Source: an uncultured Candidatus Micrarchaeota archaeon
GTDB lineage: Archaea; Micrarchaeota; Micrarchaeia; Micrarchaeales; Micrarchaeaceae
DNA length: 64,000 bases
NCBI GenBank assembly: GCA_963741095.1
Contig: CAVUGN010000005.1
Location: 32,001-96,000, forward strand
Direction of reading: 5' to 3'
Of the stretch, positions 1 through 9,969 are shown piece after piece. Position numbers and translations under genes: made by a program. A model generated the notes under the pieces. It ran no database searches, was not told the DNA's origin, and was given only the letters and a program-made list of their open reading frames with translations. How positions within the stretch are numbered: the first letter of the stretch is position 1; every line of letters starts with the position of its first letter.

Positions 1-1041
<1,041 letters not shown>

Positions 1042-1137
1042 GCGCTATTCCTTTCGCATCGGCACCGACGGCCAGCCGGGGCGATGACGCCGAGTGAAAG
1101 ATATAAAAATGTGCATTTGATTACTATTGATGATAAC

Positions 1138-1371
1138 ATGCCAATTCAGCAACAGGAACGGCCTTTTGATTTGTTGAACAGGGTTATAGGCCAACAGGTG
1201 CTTGTCAGGCTCAAGAACAATGTGAGCGTCAGGGGCAAGATAACCTCGTTCGATGCGCACATGAACCTGGTCATGGAGAGCGCCGAGGAGCTCAACGACG
1301 GCGAGCTCAAGGCCAAGCTCGGAACGATACTCCTTCGCGGCGGCAACATAATCTTCGTCTCACCAGTGTAG
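1138..1371 (+). CDS. Sm-like (Lsm) archaeal RNA-binding protein
   Basis: RPFDLL...G.ITSFDAHMNLV...ILLRGGNIIFVSP Sm1/Sm2 motifs; ATG at 1138 preferred over 1084. Confidence 0.93.
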   Translation: MPIQQQERPFDLLNRVIGQQVLVRLKNNVSVRGKITSFDAHMNLVMESAEELNDGELKAKLGTILLRGGNIIFVSPV

Positions 1372-1376
1372 GTGCG

Positions 1377-2057
1377 ATGGACAGCGTTCAGGCAATAAGC
1401 TCGATCAGTGCTATTTACGACAGATTCCTCGTTACCCGGAATCTCAGGAGGCACATGTTCAGGGTGGCGTCCGTCGCGGAGATGGTCTGCGACAACTGGA
1501 AGGGCGCGCCGCTTGACAAGGACGACGTTGTCGCGGCGTGCTTGCTGCACGACATCGGCAACATAGTGAAGTTCGATTTCTCGAAGGAGAGCACTATCAA
1601 GATGCTTGGGGAAGACGGGAAGAGCATCGCCTTCTGGCAGAAGGTCAAGGACGACATCGTTGCGAGGTACGGAAAGGTCGACAACGAGGTGAACCACAAC
1701 ATGGTCGCGGAATTGGGGATCGATGCCCGTGTACTCTTCCTCGTCGACCACATGGGCGGCATCTTCGAGAACAAGAAGAGAGGCGACGACCGCGAGCTGA
1801 TGGTATGCAGCTACGCGGATTTCAGGGTCGAGCCCATGGGGATCTCAAGCGTGACTGACAGGTTCATGGATTTCGCGAGGCGGTGCAAGGACAGCAGGAG
1901 CCCCGAGATGCGGGCGAGGGGCCTCTTCGTCATCAAGGAGCTGCCGATGGCGCTGGAGATAGAGAGGCAGATATTCGCGAACGTGTCGATCAGGCCGGAA
2001 GGGATCAATGACAAAAGCATTAAGCCTTATCTTGACAAATACATGAAGAATGATTGA
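1377..2057 (+). CDS. HD-domain metal-dependent phosphohydrolase
   Basis: H...VA...ACLLHDIG...H...YADFR HD motif pattern. Confidence 0.8.
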   Translation: MDSVQAISSISAIYDRFLVTRNLRRHMFRVASVAEMVCDNWKGAPLDKDDVVAACLLHDIGNIVKFDFSKESTIKMLGEDGKSIAFWQKVKDDIVARYGKVDNEVNHNMVAELGIDARVLFLVDHMGGIFENKKRGDDRELMVCSYADFRVEPMGISSVTDRFMDFARRCKDSRSPEMRARGLFVIKELPMALEIERQIFANVSIRPEGINDKSIKPYLDKYMKND

Positions 2058-2061
2058 TTCT

Positions 2062-2133
2062 GGGCTCGTGGCGTAACGGTAGCGCGCCTGCATGGCATGT
2101 AGGAGGTTGCGGGTTCAAATCCCGCCGAGTCCA
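2062..2133 (+). tRNA. tRNA-Ala(GGC)
   Basis: Acceptor GGGCTCG/CGAGTCC (G3:U70), anticodon arm CCTGC-ATGGCAT-GTAGG, T-loop TTCAAAT. Confidence 0.93.
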
Positions 2134-3212
2134 CTTTTACGTTTATAACTGCAAGAATTAGCAGATTTTATCTTGCTTTTGCCTAAAAGGTTGGATATCG
2201 CATTCGACCTGGATTTACAAAGACACGGGATTGACAGGTCTAGCTGCTTCTCTCGCCTGTTCTATGCGAAGCAGTCTGCCCATACTCTCTATATCTTTGA
2301 CAGCGATCTCAAGGCTCTCCAATGCCTCGACCTTCAATCCGTAGTCCTTGACAATTTTGAGAAGAATTGGCGACGCGTCCGCATTGCCGTGCAGTCTCTC
2401 TGCGGCCCGCCCTGCAGCGGTGTTGATCTGTTCCTTGCTCAGCCCCTTCGACATTCTCGTGGCCTCCTTGAATGCACCGAAAGCCAGACATTCCGTGACT
2501 GCCAGCATCCTGTCTTCAGTTTTTGTCAGCAAGCGCTCCAGCTCTTTTGCCTCTTTCCGGTAAATAGCAAGGTTACTGCCGCTGACATAATATGCGAGCA
2601 TCTTTGCCGCATTGGACATCACTTTTTCGGCGCCGAGATTGTGTTCGCTAGCTATGTTAAACAGGCATCGGTAATCGTATAGCCCTACATTTTTTCCGGA
2701 ATTGATTTCGTCATCCATCATGATGAGCTTTGTCGCGTATGCCTTCTCGGCGGCTGAGATCTCCTGCTCTCTGCTGAGGTACAGTTTGGCTACATCCAAA
2801 GCATGCAGAAGATACGATAACGGAGTGATTCGACGGTTGTCGCCAGGTTCCAACGTGCTCAGATCCTGGTTATAAACTTTCAAAGCGATCGCTTGCTTCT
2901 CCTCGGTTGTGAGACTGCCCCCGAGAATCTTGGAGTCGTTAAGCATAATCCCACCTCCCCTAATGCACGTTTCGAATTTCTCTAGCAGTTCCGCATGAAC
3001 CGAATTAGCTACCTGCGCATTGCCCTTCGAACCATCCGAGCCGGTTTTTTGCTGCATCATCATATCACTTAAACGCGATTAAGAGGTGAGCAAAAGAGAT
3101 ATTTAAGTGTCGTGTCTGGCTTCGACAATCGACGATTTCTTAAGAGCTTCTTAAAGATCACACCATATCTTACCATTAGATAATTTAAGGACAAAATGTC
3201 GCCGAGTCCACT
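2123..3212. mobile_element. Putative mini-island at tRNA-Ala 3' end
   Basis: CGCCGAGTCCACT direct repeat at 2123-2135 and 3200-3212 around one orphan ORF; no integrase. Confidence 0.55.
2215..3063 (-). CDS. Hypothetical, likely alpha-helical protein
   Basis: 282-aa ORF with upstream TATA-like TTAAATA; no recognisable motif. Confidence 0.7.
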   Translation of the reverse strand: MMMQQKTGSDGSKGNAQVANSVHAELLEKFETCIRGGGIMLNDSKILGGSLTTEEKQAIALKVYNQDLSTLEPGDNRRITPLSYLLHALDVAKLYLSREQEISAAEKAYATKLIMMDDEINSGKNVGLYDYRCLFNIASEHNLGAEKVMSNAAKMLAYYVSGSNLAIYRKEAKELERLLTKTEDRMLAVTECLAFGAFKEATRMSKGLSKEQINTAAGRAAERLHGNADASPILLKIVKDYGLKVEALESLEIAVKDIESMGRLLRIEQAREAARPVNPVSL

Positions 3213-3288
3213 CCTGCTCCCTTTATGAAGTCGTCAATTGGCTAATCCGGAAGCAAGCCTTAAATATCTTCCAAGCCGGTAGTATAAC

Positions 3289-3873
3289 ATGGCAACTATA
3301 GCGGTTTCCCATGGTCAGCAGCTCAATGCACAGGGCCATGAAAGGATGGCGGCTTGGCTTGGCAGTTGCGGGCCGGAGATCAGGAGCCAGCCGGAGGCGC
3401 AGAAAGAGAGGCTCTTCGTCCTGAGCGAGATCAGGCGCGCATGCAAGGACTGCGACTTCAAGGAGAGGGCTATGGCAGTGGAATCTTCGAAAGATGGCAA
3501 GACTTCGGATATCGTTTACCGCTATGACACTTGGGCCTACGGAAAGTTCGAAGTCAGGCTGACATCAGGCGAGCTGTCCGTGGAGATCAAGACGGATTAT
3601 TCGGTCGAGGAATTGACGCTGCATTCGAATTCATATCTGTACAGGAACTACATAAACGCGCTCATACCGGTCAGGCAGCACCTGAACGGCATAGGGATAG
3701 ACCCGGTGTTCTTGGCCAGCGATGGCACGAGGATAGAGAACTTCCCTAGCGCGAAGATAAAGAAGGCTGAAGAGGGCAATGCGCCTTCTAACCACAACGT
3801 GCCTGTTGACGACGAGCACCAGGAGTTCATTCACGATGCCCATTCCGGGAATTGGTATGGCGTGCCGAAATAA
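3289..3873 (+). CDS. Hypothetical protein
   Basis: 194-aa ORF with TTAAATA about 25 nt upstream. Confidence 0.7.
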   Translation: MATIAVSHGQQLNAQGHERMAAWLGSCGPEIRSQPEAQKERLFVLSEIRRACKDCDFKERAMAVESSKDGKTSDIVYRYDTWAYGKFEVRLTSGELSVEIKTDYSVEELTLHSNSYLYRNYINALIPVRQHLNGIGIDPVFLASDGTRIENFPSAKIKKAEEGNAPSNHNVPVDDEHQEFIHDAHSGNWYGVPK

Positions 3874-3909
3874 ATGATGCAAGCACAATCTAATCTATGA
3901 TTGGGATCG

Positions 3910-4344
3910 ATGATTGGGATGAAGGAGTTCTTATCGTACGGGTCCCTGAGGGAGGGCTTCTACAATTTCAACAAATTCAGTGCGGAAGGCGAAGTAAGGA
4001 GGGTGGGGGGAGGGATCGCAAGAGGCGTTGACCTTTATTACAACAAAGAATTCTCCTACCCCGAAGCCTGCAAGGGCCGCGGTTCGGTGGTTGTCGATAT
4101 AATCCGCACGGACGAGACTACGTACAATAGGATGGCGCAGATGGAGATCGAGGCCGGTTATGTCGAGAGTTCTATCTATGTTAATGGAAAGGCGTATCCC
4201 ATCTTCCTGAGCAAGGAGGTGCCCGAATCGCCTTGGAGGATGGTTACTGATATGGAGGTGGCGGATTGGGCGATCGTCGCCAACAAGCTGTTCGAACCGG
4301 GCGAACGCGGGCGGTATCAGAAAAGCAGGCTGAAAAGCGCATAG
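3910..4344 (+). CDS. Gamma-glutamylcyclotransferase (GGCT/AIG2-like) family protein
   Basis: N-terminal FLSYGSLREGFYN motif and later E..AGY; start uncertain (3910 or 3919). Confidence 0.6.
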   Translation: MIGMKEFLSYGSLREGFYNFNKFSAEGEVRRVGGGIARGVDLYYNKEFSYPEACKGRGSVVVDIIRTDETTYNRMAQMEIEAGYVESSIYVNGKAYPIFLSKEVPESPWRMVTDMEVADWAIVANKLFEPGERGRYQKSRLKSA

Positions 4345-4367
4345 GAGTAATTGCATGGGTGTAAAGC

Positions 4368-4928
4368 ATGGGTGTAAAAAAGATCGGGGAGAAAGCGGTT
4401 TTCAGGACAAGGAGGTTTACCGTCTTTGACGCTGAATTGGAGATGAACGGCAAGAGGGTGAGCAAACCGTACATAAAGCAAAACGATTGTTCAGAGATAC
4501 TTGCGATAAACGGGAAAGGGAATGTCGTGCTGATAAGGTCCTACAGGCCAGAAATCGATTGCTATGTGTATGAACTCCCCGCGGGCACGCTCAAGGATGG
4601 CGAGGACGCGAAGAGGGGCGCTATAAGGGAGCTTGAGGAGGAAACCGGGTATAGCGCGAGAAAGATTGAGTACCTTTTCGGCGGCTATCCGCTACTGGGC
4701 TATTCTGACTGCAAACTCCATTTCTTCCTTGCGACCGGCCTGAAGAGAAAAAAACAGAAACTCGAGGACGACGAGTCGATAACCGTCAGGGAATTCAGAC
4801 CTGGAGAGGTCCTGAAGATGATCAGGAAGGGCAGGATAAAGGACATGTGCGTCCTTACGGCAATGCAGCACTACTTCTATGTGCTTGATCAGGGCAGGAA
4901 GAGCGTCATGTACGCCGATCCCGATTGA
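4368..4928 (+). CDS. NUDIX hydrolase (ADP-ribose pyrophosphatase-like)
   Basis: ELPAGTLKDGEDAKRGAIRELEEETGY Nudix box. Confidence 0.92.
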   Translation: MGVKKIGEKAVFRTRRFTVFDAELEMNGKRVSKPYIKQNDCSEILAINGKGNVVLIRSYRPEIDCYVYELPAGTLKDGEDAKRGAIRELEEETGYSARKIEYLFGGYPLLGYSDCKLHFFLATGLKRKKQKLEDDESITVREFRPGEVLKMIRKGRIKDMCVLTAMQHYFYVLDQGRKSVMYADPD

Positions 4929-4930
4929 CC

Positions 4931-5428
4931 TTACGCGGTCTGCTTGGCCCCGCAGGTCGGGCAGAAGGCGAAGTTGTGCGCGACCTTCGAGCCGCACTTT
5001 GTGCAGTAGGTGTAGTCCTCGATGGAGCCGAAATTTTCCGGGGCGTCCTTCGAGATCTTCTTGTTCAGGAAGCTGGCCAGCTCCTCGGCACCTTTGTGGT
5101 AAAGGCCGGAAAACTCTTCCTCGGTCCGATTGTCGGATACGGGTGCCTGGTCCGCAACGCCGATGACATGAAGGTGTATGGTCGATGAGAACACGCCGCG
5201 CTCCAGCCGCACGGTGGTCAACTTGACATAAGGGATGATCTCGATGGTCTTCTTGAGGCCCAGCTGCTCCTTGTACAGCACTATCAGCCGCATGTTCGTG
5301 GCTATCAGTTGCGTGGGGGTGAATGCGGCCCCGCCGGGGCCGAAGTGGCGCTGCCTCACGGTCATCTGCACAGTCTCGTTAGGCAGCAGTTGGGTCCTTA
5401 TGTACCCAACCACGTTGTGATCGATCAT
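4931..5428 (-). CDS. Bacterial-type PH domain protein with C-terminal zinc ribbon
   Basis: LIATNMRLIV PH-like segment; CTKCG...FCPTCG. Confidence 0.75.
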   Translation of the reverse strand: MIDHNVVGYIRTQLLPNETVQMTVRQRHFGPGGAAFTPTQLIATNMRLIVLYKEQLGLKKTIEIIPYVKLTTVRLERGVFSSTIHLHVIGVADQAPVSDNRTEEEFSGLYHKGAEELASFLNKKISKDAPENFGSIEDYTYCTKCGSKVAHNFAFCPTCGAKQTA

Positions 5429-5608
5429 TCAAGCACGCTTGCGATGTGAGGATATTGCTTCGCGCGCATCTAAATAACCTATAGTTTTTGCAGATGCCGC
5501 TTGCAGGGCAGGGCAATCTCGATGTGAAAATCAGGATTTTGGAGGGAAATGCCAGCGATCTGCACCCTTGGCGCCCCATGCGGACTCATGCCCCGCAGCA
5601 TCAGCGCC

Positions 5609-6277
5609 TCACTGCCTGAGCAGGTGGTCCGAGGCCACAGCAAACGTCCTGAAATCCTTTATGACGTTGTGCACCAGCATGTCCTTGAGCATCTTGGCTG
5701 GGATCATGTGGACCTCCATCAGTGTCTCCTCGTACTCCAGCCTTTGCTCGCCCTTCGTCAGCTGCGTCGCAGCCACCACGGTCTCGCTCTGGTCGAACCG
5801 GAACGGGGCAAAACTCATGTCTCTCATTATGATGTCCAGGCTGCCTGCCCTGTAGCCGGTCTCTTCCTCAAGCTCCCTTGCCGCAGCCTGCGTGACGGTC
5901 TCGAGGACCTTCATGCCGTTGAGATTGATCTGCTTTGCGCCGCCCGATGGGAATTCCAGGACCCATCCCCTTATTGCAGGGTGCGGCTTGAATACGAAAA
6001 CCAGGTACTGCTCGTTGTTGACATCGAGCACGGGTTTTACGGTAACTCCGGCTCCGGATTTGATTACTGCCCACTCGCCGGATATCCTGCCCTTCGGCGA
6101 TATCGCGGTGTACGCCCTGCCCGAGATCGTTATCCTTTGGCCGGGCCCGGAGCTTTCCCATCTATCGTTTGTCACTTCCACCCTGTAGCCGGTCTCCCTG
6201 CCCCTCAGCATGTTGTCGACCAGCGCTACGCTTGCGGCAACCTGCTGATCAAAAGCCTTGCTTGCTGATTCCGTCAT
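5609..6277 (-). CDS. NUDIX hydrolase
   Basis: LEFPSGG...AAARELEEETGY Nudix box with insertion. Confidence 0.88.
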   Translation of the reverse strand: MTESASKAFDQQVAASVALVDNMLRGRETGYRVEVTNDRWESSGPGQRITISGRAYTAISPKGRISGEWAVIKSGAGVTVKPVLDVNNEQYLVFVFKPHPAIRGWVLEFPSGGAKQINLNGMKVLETVTQAAARELEEETGYRAGSLDIIMRDMSFAPFRFDQSETVVAATQLTKGEQRLEYEETLMEVHMIPAKMLKDMLVHNVIKDFRTFAVASDHLLRQ

Positions 6278-6421
6278 CTGCTCCCGTCATAAGTATGGCG
6301 GTCATGAGATATTTATGCGTCGTGTCGGGCTTCGGCAATCGTCGTTAATGATATGGGAAAAGGCATGGCTGGCGCTGGAGCGTTGCAAAAGAAAAAAGAA
6401 GAAAGGAAGTAAGGGAAGCCC

Positions 6422-6805
6422 TTACTTCATCATTGCCATGCCCATGCCGAACCAGCCGATCACGAATCCGATCACGGTCAGCCACATGTTCATCGACCAG
6501 CCCGCTCCGCCCGTTATTGCAGCCCAGGCAAGTATCGCGAGGGACGTCGCCATCATGGTCTTCTTTATGCCCATCATCGGCATGTCGGAGCTCATGAAGT
6601 AGCCCACCAGGCTCGAGAAGAACAGGGTTATGGATCCCAGCACCGCGACCGCGTAAAGCAGGGGCGCCCATATCCCGTATCCCAGTCCGTTTCCTAGGTT
6701 CGGCGCCGCTGCAGACAGTGGCCCGAATACCACATACAGGAAGATCAAACTGGCTAGGAACATCAGTGTCGTAGCCATCGTCTTGTTCTGTTGTTTTGCC
6801 GCCAT
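6422..6805 (-). CDS. Small multi-pass membrane protein
   Basis: About four hydrophobic segments. Confidence 0.75.
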   Translation of the reverse strand: MAAKQQNKTMATTLMFLASLIFLYVVFGPLSAAAPNLGNGLGYGIWAPLLYAVAVLGSITLFFSSLVGYFMSSDMPMMGIKKTMMATSLAILAWAAITGGAGWSMNMWLTVIGFVIGWFGMGMAMMK

Positions 6806-6906
6806 TCCATCACGGTATTACAAAACAGGATAGCTTTTTAAAGCTTTCTATGGAGTACGTCAATTTGTTCACGGAGGAGAAGCTGCAGGCGTTGTTCCGC
6901 TATTCT

Positions 6907-7290
6907 TCAGATTATTATGGATTCGAGCCTTCTCGCTATCGCCTGCGCGGTCTTCCTGGTCACGGTGTAGTTCTTCTCCGTCTTCTTCATCTCGCTAAGC
7001 TTTATGAAGAACCAGCTCTCGCCGTTCATGCGCCATGCGATGAAGGTCTGCATGCCGCTGTTCCGCTCCCATTCGTACAGGGATTCGTACTTGTCCTGCT
7101 CTATGGAGACGCTCGAGCTCTCCCACGCCTTGCACTCGAACGCAAGGCCCTGGCCGTTCTTTATCGCTATTATGTCCGGGCTTATCGAGTTGACTCCCGA
7201 GCCGGCCGACCTCATGACGGAGTATCTCTTCTCGTAGAGGGTGTTCAGCAGTTCCCTCTCGCTCCTGGCGCCCTTGGAGTATCTCTGCAC
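6907..7290 (-). CDS. hjc: Holliday junction resolvase Hjc
   Basis: KGARSERELL...RSAGSG...PDIIA...FECK. Confidence 0.93.
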   Translation of the reverse strand: MQRYSKGARSERELLNTLYEKRYSVMRSAGSGVNSISPDIIAIKNGQGLAFECKAWESSSVSIEQDKYESLYEWERNSGMQTFIAWRMNGESWFFIKLSEMKKTEKNYTVTRKTAQAIARRLESIII

Positions 7291-7379
7291 GGAATCACAC
7301 TAGTATAGCGCAGAAAAGTTTATAGCAGTGAACCATGAAAATGCGCAACTTATATATCGCTGTGCATCGATGGTATACC

Positions 7380-7649
7380 ATGCCGAAATCAAATAATAAC
7401 GCGCAAAAATCGGACATGTGCTGCGGAGGGATGGTCGGGATGATGGTCGCATCGGTGCTCATACCTGCGATACTCCTGGTGGGATCGCTCGTCTGGGTGG
7501 CGTTCTACGCGAGCGGCTACAGCCTCTTCCAGAAGGTGGTGATAGTCATCATAGCTATGATTGTCATATGCGTCGCCGAATCGCTGCTATGGATGGTCTG
7601 GGCCGGCAAGAAGGGGATGGGGTACTGGATGCAGCACAAGCAGAAGTAG
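7380..7649 (+). CDS. Small membrane protein
   Basis: Two hydrophobic segments; start uncertain. Confidence 0.65.
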   Translation: MPKSNNNAQKSDMCCGGMVGMMVASVLIPAILLVGSLVWVAFYASGYSLFQKVVIVIIAMIVICVAESLLWMVWAGKKGMGYWMQHKQK

Positions 7650-7673
7650 CCGCACCTGCGCCGTCACTTCGCC

Positions 7674-9236
7674 TCACTTGAGGGTGGTCTGGCCCGCGCC
7701 GGTCTTTTCGCCCAAAGCGGCGGCTATGCCTAGCCTGTTCTTTACCATCATGACGAGGTCGCGCATGCGCTTCTCGCGCATTCTTGATATCATCAGGTAG
7801 GTCTCGTCCTTAGTCCCTTTTGTTACCAGGATGACCACCTGGCCGAACTTCATTCTCCCCGCCCTGCCCCTGCGCTGTATGTTCCTTATCTCGTTCGGTA
7901 TCGGCTCGTAGAATATGACGGTATCGACGCTCGGGATGTCCAGGCCCTCCTCCCCTATCGAGGTTGCGACAAGGACCTTGAACTTCCCGTCCCGGAAGTC
8001 CTTTATCGTGTCCTGCTGCTGCGCCTGCGTCACCCCTTCCTTCTTGCCCACGAAGGCCTTGGATGCCACGCCTGCCTTCTCTATCACCTCTGCAAGCTTC
8101 TTTATCGTGGACCTGAACTGCGCGAATATTATCACGGTCTGGCCTTTCAGCTCGTTGTTCAGCAGCTTCGCCACCAGCGCCATCTTCGGGTGCTCCTCGC
8201 CCTTGTCAAGTGCATCCTTGGCAATCTTCTGGGCGCGCATGACAGCCGCGTTGGAGAGTATGCTGCGCACCGCCCTGCTCTTCTCCTCGCGCTTCTCTAG
8301 CGCGTTCATGTAGCTCACGAAGGGGTAGAGCCCCTCGGAGCTCACGAGGTCGTGGGCGTGCACCAGGTCAAGCACGTACGTGTAGTCGTAGAGCGCCATA
8401 AACTTGTAGTTGCTCGCGCTTATCTTCGATATCGTGTCGCCGAGGTCGAGCAGCCTCCCTTTCGGCATGTTCTCGAACTTCTTGAATGGGCTGAGGCCGT
8501 GCGAGTACATGTTGCCCAGATGGTCGTCTATGACCGGCTTGAGGAAAGAGGTTATCTCGTTTATCGTGGCGCTCTTCTCGACGTACATGGTCGCTATGTC
8601 CTTCCTCATCACGTAAGGCTCCACATCGAGATCCGTGGTTATCCTTATCTCTATGTTCGTTATCCCCAAGGTCGTTATGAGGGAGTCTATCTTCTTCCTG
8701 TCGCTCCCGGGCGAGGCGGTGAGGCCGATGAGCTGTATTCCCTTCAGCTTGCACTCGTCGGCTATGTAGGTGTAGGCGTACCTTCCGACAGCCCTGTGGC
8801 ACTCGTCGAATATGACGACCGCGAAGTCTTCGAGCGACAGCCTGCCTTTCTTCAGGTCGTTAGCGACCGTCTGCGGAGTGGCGGCTATGACCTTCACGCT
8901 GTTCTCCAATTCCTCGCGCTTCTTGCCGCTGATGCTTCCGGTCAACAGCAGCAGCATGCTCTGGTCGATGTTGAGCAGCTTCGACAAGGACTCGTAGTGC
9001 TGCTCGCTCAGGGGCTTCGTGGGAGCCAGGAGTATCGCCTTCTTGCCCTCGTGCAGGGCCCTGGCGATCGCGAACACCGCTATGAGCGTCTTTCCCAGGC
9101 CAGTCGGCAGTACCACGAGCGTGTTCATCCCCGAATAGGCGCTCTTTGTTATGTTGATCTGGTAGGCCCTGGGTTCCATCGAACCCATGTTGACAAGCCT
9201 CGTGTACGGGGCCAATTCGTCCCAGGATAATGGCAT
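7674..9236 (-). CDS. Hef/FANCM-like SF2 helicase without ERCC4 nuclease domain
   Basis: PRAYQ, LPTGLGKT, DECHRA, GLTASPG, EEGLDIP, IQRRGRAGR; start moved to MPLSW because the longer ORF overlaps tRNA-Phe. Confidence 0.9.
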   Translation of the reverse strand: MPLSWDELAPYTRLVNMGSMEPRAYQINITKSAYSGMNTLVVLPTGLGKTLIAVFAIARALHEGKKAILLAPTKPLSEQHYESLSKLLNIDQSMLLLLTGSISGKKREELENSVKVIAATPQTVANDLKKGRLSLEDFAVVIFDECHRAVGRYAYTYIADECKLKGIQLIGLTASPGSDRKKIDSLITTLGITNIEIRITTDLDVEPYVMRKDIATMYVEKSATINEITSFLKPVIDDHLGNMYSHGLSPFKKFENMPKGRLLDLGDTISKISASNYKFMALYDYTYVLDLVHAHDLVSSEGLYPFVSYMNALEKREEKSRAVRSILSNAAVMRAQKIAKDALDKGEEHPKMALVAKLLNNELKGQTVIIFAQFRSTIKKLAEVIEKAGVASKAFVGKKEGVTQAQQQDTIKDFRDGKFKVLVATSIGEEGLDIPSVDTVIFYEPIPNEIRNIQRRGRAGRMKFGQVVILVTKGTKDETYLMISRMREKRMRDLVMMVKNRLGIAAALGEKTGAGQTTLK

Positions 9237-9335
9237 ATGATGAATTCGGAGTATAGGTTTATATCGTATATCGTTAGGGCTACCGATGCCACCCAGTAGC
9301 TTTATATTTGTTTTAGGGCATACGTATAGCGCCGT

Positions 9336-9409
9336 GCCGCAGTAACTCAACCCGGGAGAGTGTTCGCCTGAAGAGCGAAATGTTGCAGGTTCAAATCCTG
9401 CCTGCGGCA
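9336..9409 (+). tRNA. tRNA-Phe(GAA)
   Basis: Acceptor GCCGCAG/CTGCGGC, anticodon arm TTCGC-CTGAAGA-GCGAA, T arm GCAGG-TTCAAAT-CCTGC. Confidence 0.95.
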
Positions 9410-9412
9410 ATC

Positions 9413-9841
9413 CTAATTTGATGACGTGTTCAGTGCCACGGCATCGCGTATGATGGTTTTCAGAGCCTTCTCGTCGATCTTGTCGCCTTCGTGGAAGTCT
9501 ATGGCGCGCCACACCTTGGCCTCGAGGCTGGAATTGAAGAGGCGCGATGGATCCTCAAGCGAGGCGCCCCTTGAGAAGGTCATCTTTACGGAATTCTTGT
9601 AGATCTCGCAGGTGCAGATCTGCCCGTCGTGGGACCAGACCACTGTGCCCAGGGGATTGGTCGGCTTTATCCACTTTACCTCCTCGACTGCGTTGGGGTC
9701 GGCCTGCTTGACCAAGGCGCGGAGGCGGGAGAGCATCTCGCCGCGCCAGTCGCCTCTTAGCTCCTGGAGCCTTGCATCTATCTTTTTCCCCGAGACCTGC
9801 TTTCGTATCTCTCTTTCATACTCGGCTTGCCTCTTGGTCAT
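9413..9841 (-). CDS. DUF1801/YdhG-like protein
   Basis: WRGEMLSRLRALVKQADP..VEEVKW...GASLEDPSRLFNSSLE...RAIDF. Confidence 0.85.
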   Translation of the reverse strand: MTKRQAEYEREIRKQVSGKKIDARLQELRGDWRGEMLSRLRALVKQADPNAVEEVKWIKPTNPLGTVVWSHDGQICTCEIYKNSVKMTFSRGASLEDPSRLFNSSLEAKVWRAIDFHEGDKIDEKALKTIIRDAVALNTSSN

Positions 9842-9969
9842 CGCACCACGATAAAATCTTTCTTCCCATCATATTAAAAGTGATTCCGCATCTTCATTGG
9901 AATGGATTGCCGCGTGCGAAACCTCTTATAGACGTTCTGGTGCTATAATAAAAAGATGCGGGAGCTAAA

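Noticed and set aside
9237-9512. N-terminal extension of the helicase ORF
   Set aside because: It is the antisense of tRNA-Phe and its promoter region.
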